Below, piece after piece: positions 36,160 to 43,812 of a stretch of 64,000 nt of DNA. A program made the position numbers and the translations under genes. This DNA is from Acidimicrobiia bacterium (GTDB lineage: Bacteria > Actinomycetota > Acidimicrobiia > IMCC26256 > JAENVU01), in NCBI GenBank assembly GCA_025361725.1, contig JANYJV010000073.1:1079-65078 (forward strand). The letters are read 5' to 3'. Within the stretch, counting starts at the first letter, position 1, and each line of letters starts with the position of its first letter. The notes under the pieces were generated by a model. It made no database searches, had not been told where the DNA came from, and saw only the letters and a list, made by a program, of their open reading frames with translations.

Positions 36160-36738
36160 GTGGCCCGCGCAACGTTTCCCATCACCGGCGACGTCGACGC
36201 CGACCGACTCCTGGTCGATGACCCGCTAGCGCTGCTGATCGGGATGTTGCTCGATCAGCAGGTGCCCATGGAGTGGGCGTTCCGGGGACCGGCGCGATTG
36301 AAAGCGCGGCTCGGCGCGCTCGATGCCGGTGCCATCGCGACGATGAGTCCTGACGCGATCGATGCCGTATTCCGCGAGAAGCCGGCGCTGCATCGATTCC
36401 CGTCGGCGATGGGCAAACGCACTCATGCGCTGTGTGCCCACATCGTCGCCGAATACGACGGGAAGCCGGCGAAAATCTGGCAGCGCACCAAAGACCCGGA
36501 GGTCGTCTTCGCACGCATCCGGGCGCTCCCGGGTTACGGGGACGAGAAGGCCAAGATCTTCCTCGCGATTCTGGGCAAGCGAATGGGCTTGGCGCCGGCC
36601 GGGTGGGAGCAATTCGCGGGGCCTTTCGGTGACGCCACGCCACGCTCGGTTGCCGACATCGATTCCCCGGAGGCCCTCGTCCGTGTCAGAGCGTGGAAGA
36701 AGGAACAGAAGGCCAAGGGCAAGTCCAAAGCCCAGTAG
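36160..36738 (+). CDS. HhH-GPD-type base-excision DNA repair protein
   Basis: The translation contains DPLALLIGMLLDQQVPMEWAFRGPARLKARLG, LPGYGDEKAKIFLAILGKRMG, and a Lys-rich tail. Confidence 0.75.
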   Translation: MARATFPITGDVDADRLLVDDPLALLIGMLLDQQVPMEWAFRGPARLKARLGALDAGAIATMSPDAIDAVFREKPALHRFPSAMGKRTHALCAHIVAEYDGKPAKIWQRTKDPEVVFARIRALPGYGDEKAKIFLAILGKRMGLAPAGWEQFAGPFGDATPRSVADIDSPEALVRVRAWKKEQKAKGKSKAQ

Positions 36739-36759
36739 CCCCGATTTGGTCCGCCCGAC

Positions 36760-36774
36760 TGCACACCGCGTGCA
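36760..36774. promoter_or_regulatory. TGCAC-N5-GTGCA palindrome upstream of the secreted His/Met-rich lipoprotein gene
   Basis: The sequence is TGCACaccgcGTGCA, 47 nt upstream of GTG 36821. The same core lies upstream of the paralogue at 54363..54377. Confidence 0.4.
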
Positions 36775-36820
36775 AAGTTCGTTAGGATCCCGGTTCTTCT
36801 CGAATCTGTGGGGGTTTCTC

Positions 36821-37702
36821 GTGCGTGTTTCTCGACTCTTCGGCGCCGCTGCGGTCGGTACCGCGTTACTGGTCTCCGTCGCTGCCTGCGGTAGCAGTAG
36901 CTCGGGCAAGGGCACGACTTCGCCGGCGAAGTCGTCCGGTGGCGGCATGTCCGCCCAAGAGATGAAGTGCATGGACAAGCACTACGCGGGCCAGAACCGC
37001 AAGCTCTGCCCGAATGCAGCGCCGGAGGCGAAGCCCTACACCTTGGCGAAGCCGCTGACGTACCAGGCCGATGGCATCGCGGACCCGAACAACGTCGACC
37101 TCTCCGGCGTCGCCGGGGTCGGGCCCGCACAGCAGAAGGAGGCGGAGAACCTCCTTGTCTCGACGATCAAAATCCTGCCCCGCTGGAACGACATCGAGAA
37201 GGCCAAAGCCGACGGTTTTCAGTCGATCGGTGACGGGCCGACCGGCGAGGAGCACCTGCTCCACTGGGACTGGATCAACGACAACACGGTGTTCGACCCG
37301 AACCACCCCGAGTCGCTGGTCTACAAGGTCGACCGGGTCACGAAGGCGAGGACGCTCGAGGCGGCGATGTACATCCTCCCGGCGAAGTACACCCTGGACA
37401 ATCCGCCGTCGATCGACAGCCCGCTCGTGCAGTTCCACTTCCACGACAATCTCTGTTTCACCGCCGCCACGCCGACCGAGGGCCCACAGGTCCGCGGACT
37501 GACCGATGCCAGTGGCAACTGCGGCAAGTCACCGTTCGACGGCCAGCAGCTCACCAAGTTCAACCCGAACATCCAGGTGCACGTCTGGATTCGCAAGAAC
37601 GACTGCGGACCGTTCGCGGCCCTCCTCGGTGTTGGTGCCGGCCAGATCAAAGGCGGCGCCGAGCGCTCCTGCGTCCACGACCACACCAAGCTCGGCCTGT
37701 AA
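36821..37702 (+). CDS. Uncharacterised secreted lipoprotein, paralogue of 54400..55323
   Basis: GTG at 36821. The lipobox is LVSVAACG. The conserved blocks ADGFQS...EEHLL...FDPNHPESLVY, FHFHDNLC and VHVWI..NDCGPFA align with the second copy. Confidence 0.65.
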   Translation: MRVSRLFGAAAVGTALLVSVAACGSSSSGKGTTSPAKSSGGGMSAQEMKCMDKHYAGQNRKLCPNAAPEAKPYTLAKPLTYQADGIADPNNVDLSGVAGVGPAQQKEAENLLVSTIKILPRWNDIEKAKADGFQSIGDGPTGEEHLLHWDWINDNTVFDPNHPESLVYKVDRVTKARTLEAAMYILPAKYTLDNPPSIDSPLVQFHFHDNLCFTAATPTEGPQVRGLTDASGNCGKSPFDGQQLTKFNPNIQVHVWIRKNDCGPFAALLGVGAGQIKGGAERSCVHDHTKLGL

Positions 37703-37704
37703 CC

Positions 37705-38035
37705 ACCTTCACGTCTGCTCGTACGATCGCCGACCAAGGGACCGCGTTGCGCGTGGGCTCCCTTCCGAGCTGCTCGCTTCGCTCGGTGAAGGTTTGGCGC
37801 GTCTGTGAGTTCCAGAATCGCGTCCGGCACACGAGAGCCGCAGCGCAGCGGAGGCGTACAGCTCGGGAGGCGTCGTTACCAACTCCGGATCGAGTCTCAT
37901 CGCCCCACTGGTTGCGAAGCCGGACGAGCAGAAAAGCGGGCGCGTCTGTGAATTCCAAAAGCGGGTCCGGCGCGTCGTGAACTCCCGATGACGCTCGACC
38001 CGCTCCCGAGACGCAGCGCAGCGGAGTCGAGCAGG
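37705..38035. repeat. Composite copy of a dispersed intergenic repeat (MITE/REP-like) with inverted termini TCTGCTCGTACG / CGGACGAGCAGA
   Basis: 37714..37835 is about 90% identical by eye to 43610..43741. The sub-unit GGCGCGTCTGTGA(G/A)TTCCA(G/A)AA occurs twice (37797, 37939). The right-hand part CGCTCCCGAGACGCAGCGCAGCGG matches 43759..43790. Confidence 0.7.
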
Positions 38036-38106
38036 CCGGTAGGCGTCCCGGACGACGCCATCCCGAAGTGCAGAGAGCGGTTCTTGCCGTAGAGCCGGAC
38101 GGGCCA

Positions 38107-38880
38107 TCAACTCGTCGTCAGGCCACCGTCGATGACGAGGACCTGGCCGGTCATGAAGCTGGATGCGTCGCTGGCAAGGAACAGTGCACCGTTCGCAATC
38201 TCCTCGGGTGACGCCATGCGCTTGATGAGGCCGGCGTCGGCCATGGCGGCCTGGGTGGCGTCGCTGTTGTTCCGGACCATGTCGGTGTCGGTGGTGCCGG
38301 GCGCGAGCGCGTTGGCGCGCATGCCCTGAGCGGCGAACTCGGCGGCCATCGCACGAGTCATCTGGAGCATGGCGGCTTTCGCCGAGCAGTACATGGACAG
38401 GTACGTTCCGTGGGTGAACGCGCCGGCACTGATCACGTTGACGATGTTGCCGTGACCGCTCGCGATGAGATGCGGCAGCGCGTGCTGGACCAGAAAAAGT
38501 GGCCCCCGCAAGTTCGCCCCGTACGACGACTCCCATGCTTCGGGGGTGATGGTGCCGATCGGCATCCCGAGCGCGTTGGCCGCGTTGTTCACCACGATGT
38601 GGACCCCACCGAGTTGCTCGACGGTCCCGGTCACCAACGCCTCGAGCTCGTCGTTGCGGCCGGCGTGGGCGGGAATTGCGATCGCCCGTCCGCCCGTCCC
38701 ACGGATATCGGCTGCTACCCGTTCGCACGCCTCGGCCTTGCGACTGGCGATCACGACCGCAGCGCCGCAGGCCGCGAAGGTCTCGGCAATCGCCTTGCCG
38801 ATGCCGCGGCTTCCGCCGGTAATGATGGCGACGCGATCAGTCAGATCGAATTGGTGGGTGATGTCGGCGAGGGTGCGCAT
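38107..38880 (-). CDS. SDR-family oxidoreductase
   Basis: The translation contains ITGGSRGIGKAIA, NNAA, YCSAKAA and a C-terminal GQVLVIDGG. Confidence 0.9.
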   Translation of the reverse strand: MRTLADITHQFDLTDRVAIITGGSRGIGKAIAETFAACGAAVVIASRKAEACERVAADIRGTGGRAIAIPAHAGRNDELEALVTGTVEQLGGVHIVVNNAANALGMPIGTITPEAWESSYGANLRGPLFLVQHALPHLIASGHGNIVNVISAGAFTHGTYLSMYCSAKAAMLQMTRAMAAEFAAQGMRANALAPGTTDTDMVRNNSDATQAAMADAGLIKRMASPEEIANGALFLASDASSFMTGQVLVIDGGLTTS

Positions 38881-38915
38881 TGCATGAGTTTCGCCGACGG
38901 CGTCGCGCTCGGTCG

Positions 38916-40115
38916 ATGATGGAGCTGACGACGGCACAGGCGCGACGCATTGCGCTCGCGGCGCAGGGCTTCAACGAGCCGCGTCCCGCGGGGCGCGTGG
39001 ACCGGCGCCACGTGCGCAAAGTGTTCGATCGTGTCGGACTGATCCAGATCGACTCCGTCAATGTGCTCGCACGGTCGCAAGAGCTGCCGCTGTTCGCGCG
39101 GTTGGGTCCGCATCCCCGCGATGTGCTGCCCAAGATGCTCGACGACGGGGAGTTGTTCGAATACTGGGCGCACGAAGCGTCCCTCCTCCCGATCGAAACG
39201 TTGCCGTGGTTCCGCTGGCAGATGGACTCGGGCTTCATCCGATGGGCGGGGCTGCGGCGGATGGCGGAGGAGCATCCGGACGTCGTCGAGCGCATCCTCG
39301 CCGAGGTCGGCGATCGCGGGCCGATTGCGCCGAGTGACATTGCCGATCGGGAGGGCCGGTCGGGCCCGTGGTGGGGGTGGGACAACACCCAGCAGGCCTT
39401 CGCAGTGCTCTTCGCCCACGGGAAGATCTCGGCGCGTCGCCGCCCCAACTTCGAGCGCGAATACGACCTCCAGCATCGCATGCTGCCCGCAGCCCACGTG
39501 GACGCGCCCGCCCTCAGTGAGCACGAATCCCGTCGGGCCATGGTGTTGCGAGCCGCACGCTCGCTGGGTGTGGCCACTGTCGCTGACCTCTGCGACTACT
39601 TCCGAATGAACGTGCCTGCGACGCGTCCAGTGGTAGCGGAGCTCGTCGACGAAGGCGCGCTCCTTCCTGCGACCGTCGCCGGGTGGAAGGCCCCGGCACT
39701 TCTCCATCCGGACGCGAAGCTCCCGCGGTGGATCCGAGCTCGGGCCTTGCTCTCGCCATTCGATTCACTGGTGTGGAACCGTGATCGCACCGAGCGCCTC
39801 TTCGGTTTTCGCTATCGCATCGAGATTTACGTGCCGGCTCCCAAGCGGATCTACGGCTACTACGTGCTGCCGTTCCTGCTGGGTGACCAGCTCGTCGCAC
39901 GCGTGGACCTCAAGGCCGATCGGGCGGCGAAGGTGCTCCGGGTTCGGGGCGCGTTCGGCGAGGTACCCGCGAGCTCGCCCGAGGTCGCACACGAGCTCGC
40001 GACGGAACTGACGTTGATGGCGGGATGGCTCGGGCTCGACGCCGTAGTGGTCGATCCCCACGGCGACCTCGCCCCCGCACTCACCGCGTCGGTCCAAGCG
40101 CACCGCGAAACCTGA
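38916..40115 (+). CDS. YcaQ/AlkZ-family (HTH_42) winged-helix protein, putative crosslink-repair DNA glycosylase, paralogue 2
   Basis: The translation contains LTTAQARRIALAAQGF, LIQIDSVNVLARSQELPLFARLG, SPFDSLVWNRDRTERLFGFRYRIEIYVP and YGYYVLPFL. Confidence 0.8.
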   Translation: MMELTTAQARRIALAAQGFNEPRPAGRVDRRHVRKVFDRVGLIQIDSVNVLARSQELPLFARLGPHPRDVLPKMLDDGELFEYWAHEASLLPIETLPWFRWQMDSGFIRWAGLRRMAEEHPDVVERILAEVGDRGPIAPSDIADREGRSGPWWGWDNTQQAFAVLFAHGKISARRRPNFEREYDLQHRMLPAAHVDAPALSEHESRRAMVLRAARSLGVATVADLCDYFRMNVPATRPVVAELVDEGALLPATVAGWKAPALLHPDAKLPRWIRARALLSPFDSLVWNRDRTERLFGFRYRIEIYVPAPKRIYGYYVLPFLLGDQLVARVDLKADRAAKVLRVRGAFGEVPASSPEVAHELATELTLMAGWLGLDAVVVDPHGDLAPALTASVQAHRET

Positions 40116-40151
40116 ACCCGCTCCCCGAGCGGAGCCTGCGAAGCGAGCCGC

Positions 40152-40263
40152 GAGGTAGCGAGCCTCCCGTACCGGCACCGACGGAGTGCGAGCGTACGAG
40201 CAATTTGGAGGTAGCGAGCCTCCCGTACCGGCACCGACGGAGTGCGAGCGGACGAGCATTTTG
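40152..40263. repeat. Tandem direct duplication (2 x 56 bp) related to the dispersed repeat family
   Basis: The unit is GAGGTAGCGAGCCTCCCGTACCGGCACCGACGGAGTGCGAGCG(T/G)ACGAGCA(A/T)TTTG. It lies between convergent genes. The ends ...GCGAGCGTACGAGCA match the family terminus. Confidence 0.8.
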
Positions 40264-40267
40264 CCAG

Positions 40268-40966
40268 CTAGACGACGGTGCCGAGCACGTTGCCGATCAG
40301 GGCGGCGAGCACGAGGGCGATGCCGCCGATCAGGGTGACACGAATCGCGCCGCGCACAACGGGTGCAGCACCGAGACGAGCGCCGGTCGCGCCGATCACC
40401 GCGAGCAGCACGAGCGCGGAGGCGGCCAGGACACCGATCCGGCCGCCGGCCGGTACCAACATCACGATCAGGACCGATGGCACCGCGCCCAGCAGAAACC
40501 CGACGGACGAGACGCCGGCGGCCTGCAACGGTCGAGCCACATCTTGGTGGTCGAGCCCGAGTTCGTCCCGCACGTGGGTGCCGAGCGCGTCGGTTTTGGT
40601 GAGTTGAATCGCAACTTGGCGTGCCAACGGCCGGTCGAGTCCGCGGTGCTCATAGATCTGGGTGAGCTCTTCCAACTCGACGTCGGGGGTTTCCTCGAGT
40701 TCGACGGTCTCGCGGGCGATGTCGGCGAGTTCGGTGTCGCGCTGGGAGGACACGGAGGTGTACTCACCGGCGGCCATGGACATTGCGCCGGCGACCACGG
40801 CCGCGACTCCGGCGATGATGAGGGCGTTGCGATCGTTGCTGGCGGCCGCGATGCCGATCAACAAGCTCGCGGTCGACGAAACACCGTCCTGCGCGCCGAG
40901 CACTCCGGCCCGTAGCCAACCGACGCGGTGGGAGCGGTGGACTTCGGTGCTCGGCCGAACTGGCAT
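40268..40966 (-). CDS. VIT1/CCC1-family iron/manganese transporter
   Basis: The translation contains WLRAGVLGAQDGVSSTASLLIGI and MSMAAGEYTSVSSQRD, with C-terminal TM helices. Confidence 0.85.
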   Translation of the reverse strand: MPVRPSTEVHRSHRVGWLRAGVLGAQDGVSSTASLLIGIAAASNDRNALIIAGVAAVVAGAMSMAAGEYTSVSSQRDTELADIARETVELEETPDVELEELTQIYEHRGLDRPLARQVAIQLTKTDALGTHVRDELGLDHQDVARPLQAAGVSSVGFLLGAVPSVLIVMLVPAGGRIGVLAASALVLLAVIGATGARLGAAPVVRGAIRVTLIGGIALVLAALIGNVLGTVV

Positions 40967-41076
40967 CGCACCAGCATGACGCGTCGACGACCGAGAAGAT
41001 GGAACAAAACTCCGGGCGCTTGGTTACGAGTGGTACGAAGTGGAACTCAGATTGGGTTTTGGGAAGGGGTGGGGAT

Positions 41077-43356
41077 ATGGCAATCGCCATTTTGGTCATT
41101 GTCTTTGCGTTCGCCGTGGTGGCGTTCAAGTCGGTACATCTGATCGGACCCGCGCAGGTCGGTTTGGTGAACAAGCGGTTCTCGTTTCGGAAGCTGCCGT
41201 CGGACAACCCGATCGCCTTCCGCGGTGAAGCTGGTTACCAGGCCACCCTGCTGACCCCGGGTCTGCGCATCGCGCTCTGGCCCGTGAATGCGGTGCAAAA
41301 ATTCCCCTGGGTGCAGGTGCCCGCGGGGGAAATCGGAGTGGTGATCGCCCAGGTCGGGCAACCGCTGCCGATCGGCGCGAAGAGTGGCGTGTACAAGACC
41401 CAGTTCGGGAACTTCTCGAACCTGGTCGGGTTCATCGAAGGCGGCGGCCAGAAGGGTGTGCAGCGCCCGGTCCTGCCCCCAGGCACCTTGGTCCCGATCC
41501 ATCCGGTCGCGTTCCTCGTGCTCACGCCGGGCCAGGTCTACGGCGTGCCCGTGTCGCCGGACCTTGCCGCGCAGACGCGCGGGAGTGGCGGCATGTTGTC
41601 GCCGGCGTCGTTCGGACTGGCGTCCGAAGCATTGCGAGTCGTGGTGATCTCGCCCGAGGGCCCCACCGACATGATCGGCATCGTGACGGTGCTCGAAGGT
41701 GAGCCGCTGCCATCGGGTGACATCGCGAGCCGGCTCGCCGGCTACGAGGACGTGACCTCGATGGAAGCGGATGCGGTCGCCGACGGCATGTCCTCGAGTG
41801 AGACCGACGCTCGCATCATCGAGGTGCTGCTCGGCAACAAGAACATTCAGCACAACAACTATCAGGACATCCAGGCGTTCCTCGCCGCCGGAGGGAAGAT
41901 CGGGTTGCAGCACGACCCGCTCCTCTATGGCGCCTACCTGTTGAACCCGTTCCTCGTGCGGGTCGAGATGGTCCCGATGCTGGTGGTCAACCAGGGCGAG
42001 GTCGCGGTGATCAAGTCCTTCGTCGGACTCGCGACGCTCGACACCTCGGGAACCGAGTTCAAGTTCGGGTCCATCGTGTCGCCCGGCCACCGTGGCATCT
42101 GGCGTGAGCCGTTGCGGACGGGGAAGTACCCGATCAACCCGCGGTGCTACGCGCCGGAGATCGTGCCGACGTCGATCCTCACGTTGAACTGGTCGAAGGA
42201 GACCAGTGCATCGCACAACCTGGACGCGCACCTCGCCCCGATCGAGGGCAAGAGCCGCGAGGGTTTCGTGTTCTCCATCGAACTCCAGGTGCAGATCCAT
42301 GTTCCGGACACGCGTGCGCCGAAGGTCATCTCGATGGTGGGCACGATGCTGAACCTGGTGAACGAGGTCTTGCAGTCCGCCGTCGGCAACCACTTCCGCA
42401 ACACGTTGCAGGACCAACCCGCGGTCACGTTCATCGAGACCCGGATGGAGGTTCAGCAGGCCGCGTTGGTGCGGATCAGCGAGTACCTCGGGCTGTACGA
42501 AGTAGAGACCAAGGGTGTCTACATGCAGAACGTGCACTTTCCGGCCGAGCTGGTGGAAGTCCTGACCAAGCGCGAGATCGCCAACCAGGAGAAGGCAACC
42601 TTCGAAGAGGAGCAGCGCGCCCAGACGGTGCGCGTCGAGATGGAGAAGGCCAAGGGCACCGCAGACATGCAGGCGTCGCTGGCGCAATCCGCGGTGTCGG
42701 TCGAGATCAACCGCAACCAGGCCAGCGCGCGCAAGGCCGAGGCGGAAGGTCAGGCGGCGTACGTGGAGGCGACGGGCCGCGCTGAGGCAACCAAGGTCGA
42801 GGCCATCGGCCTCGCCGAGGCCGCCAAGGCGGAAGCGATGTTCCGCGCCGACGCCGTACGCGCCGAGGCCGTCGGTCTGGGTCAGGCGAAGGCCGTCGAG
42901 GCCCAAGGTCTTGCAGAGGCGACGGCCATCGAAGCGCGCGGTCTCGCCGAGGCGAAGGCGGTCGAGGCGGTTGGACTCGCCCGAGCGGAAGCGACTGAAG
43001 CCGTCGGGATCGCGGCAGCGAAGGGGTACGAACCGCAGGTCGCGGCGCTGGGTGCACCGGCGACGGCGCTGGTGGCGATCTCCCAGGCCATCGCCGACGG
43101 TCACGTCACGGTGGTGCCCGAAGTCCTCGTCACCGGTGGTGGCGGCGGAAGCCTGGACGGATTGGCGGCGCAGCTGATCCGGTATCTCGGCGCGGGCAAC
43201 AACGGCAAGGCGCCCGGACTGCCGGCCGCGAATGGTGCGACTCCGGCTGCGGCGCCCGATGCCGAAGGAACAGAAGTGTCGGCGCGGGCCTCAGCGCGCG
43301 GCGCGAGCGAGGGCGAGGATCATGCGGTGCGCGACGGCGGTGTCAGCCGGACTTAG
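41077..43356 (+). CDS. Flotillin-like SPFH/Band-7 domain protein with an Ala/Glu-rich repeat tail
   Basis: ATG at 41077 follows GGGAAGGGGTGGGG. The N-terminal TM segment is MAIAILVIVFAFAVVAF. The protein has an SPFH region and a long AEA/EAxGLAEA coiled-repeat region. Confidence 0.8.
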   Translation: MAIAILVIVFAFAVVAFKSVHLIGPAQVGLVNKRFSFRKLPSDNPIAFRGEAGYQATLLTPGLRIALWPVNAVQKFPWVQVPAGEIGVVIAQVGQPLPIGAKSGVYKTQFGNFSNLVGFIEGGGQKGVQRPVLPPGTLVPIHPVAFLVLTPGQVYGVPVSPDLAAQTRGSGGMLSPASFGLASEALRVVVISPEGPTDMIGIVTVLEGEPLPSGDIASRLAGYEDVTSMEADAVADGMSSSETDARIIEVLLGNKNIQHNNYQDIQAFLAAGGKIGLQHDPLLYGAYLLNPFLVRVEMVPMLVVNQGEVAVIKSFVGLATLDTSGTEFKFGSIVSPGHRGIWREPLRTGKYPINPRCYAPEIVPTSILTLNWSKETSASHNLDAHLAPIEGKSREGFVFSIELQVQIHVPDTRAPKVISMVGTMLNLVNEVLQSAVGNHFRNTLQDQPAVTFIETRMEVQQAALVRISEYLGLYEVETKGVYMQNVHFPAELVEVLTKREIANQEKATFEEEQRAQTVRVEMEKAKGTADMQASLAQSAVSVEINRNQASARKAEAEGQAAYVEATGRAEATKVEAIGLAEAAKAEAMFRADAVRAEAVGLGQAKAVEAQGLAEATAIEARGLAEAKAVEAVGLARAEATEAVGIAAAKGYEPQVAALGAPATALVAISQAIADGHVTVVPEVLVTGGGGGSLDGLAAQLIRYLGAGNNGKAPGLPAANGATPAAAPDAEGTEVSARASARGASEGEDHAVRDGGVSRT

Positions 43357-43572
43357 CCGCCGGACCTCGATGATCTGTCCGCCGGTCAGGGTGAGGAGCA
43401 GCCGAGCTCCTCGCCAGGACCGGCGTTGCGCGACTCGTTCGACGTCGGTGATCGGAATGGTCCGTTCGCCGTCGTCGGTGACGAGCTCCAAGCGATGGTC
43501 GAAGACGTAGACCTGGCCGCGGGCCCGTCCGACTCGCACCTTCGTGAGCGCCAGGAGCGCTGCTTCGGCCAT
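43291..43572 (-). CDS. Small PH-domain-like (bacterial PH) protein
   Basis: The 93-aa product reads ...VYVFDHRLELVTDDGERTIPITDVERV...LLLTLTGGQIIEVR. Its 3' end overlaps the flotillin 3' end by 66 nt. Confidence 0.45.
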   Translation of the reverse strand: MAEAALLALTKVRVGRARGQVYVFDHRLELVTDDGERTIPITDVERVAQRRSWRGARLLLTLTGGQIIEVRRLSPADTAVAHRMILALARAAR

Positions 43573-43601
43573 AGGCCCACTCTTGCAGTTCGGCCCGGCT
43601 G

Positions 43602-43790
43602 CCTTCATCTCTGCTCGTACGGTCGCCGCCCAAGGGACCGCGTGCCGCGTGGGCTCCCTCCCGAGCTGCTCGCTTCGCTCGGTGCAGGTTCGGCGCGTGT
43701 GTGAGTTCCAGAACCGCGTCCGGTGCACGAGTGACCCAGCGCAGCTTTCCTCTTGACTCGCTCCCGAGACGTAGCGAGCAACGAGCAGCG
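43602..43790. repeat. Second copy of the dispersed intergenic repeat
   Basis: See 37705..38035. It starts TCTGCTCGTACGGTCGCC and ends ...GTAGCGAGCAACGAGCAGCG. Confidence 0.7.
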
Positions 43791-43812
43791 GTGAAGTCGT
43801 AGCCTGCGGCGA

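Noticed and set aside
40152-40263. Possible CRISPR array
   Set aside because: There are only two directly abutting 56-bp copies with no spacers, and no cas genes in the window. The units are related to the dispersed intergenic repeat instead.
42690-43030. Periodic GCC/GAG-rich DNA that looks like a tandem repeat
   Set aside because: It is explained by the coding sequence of the flotillin Ala/Glu-rich coiled region (AEA..GLAEA.. repeats). It is not an independent repeat element.
41047-43104. 685-aa minus-strand ORF
   Set aside because: It is antisense to the flotillin-like gene, has Arg/Leu/Gly/Asp-rich low-complexity composition, and shows no motifs. Shadow ORF.
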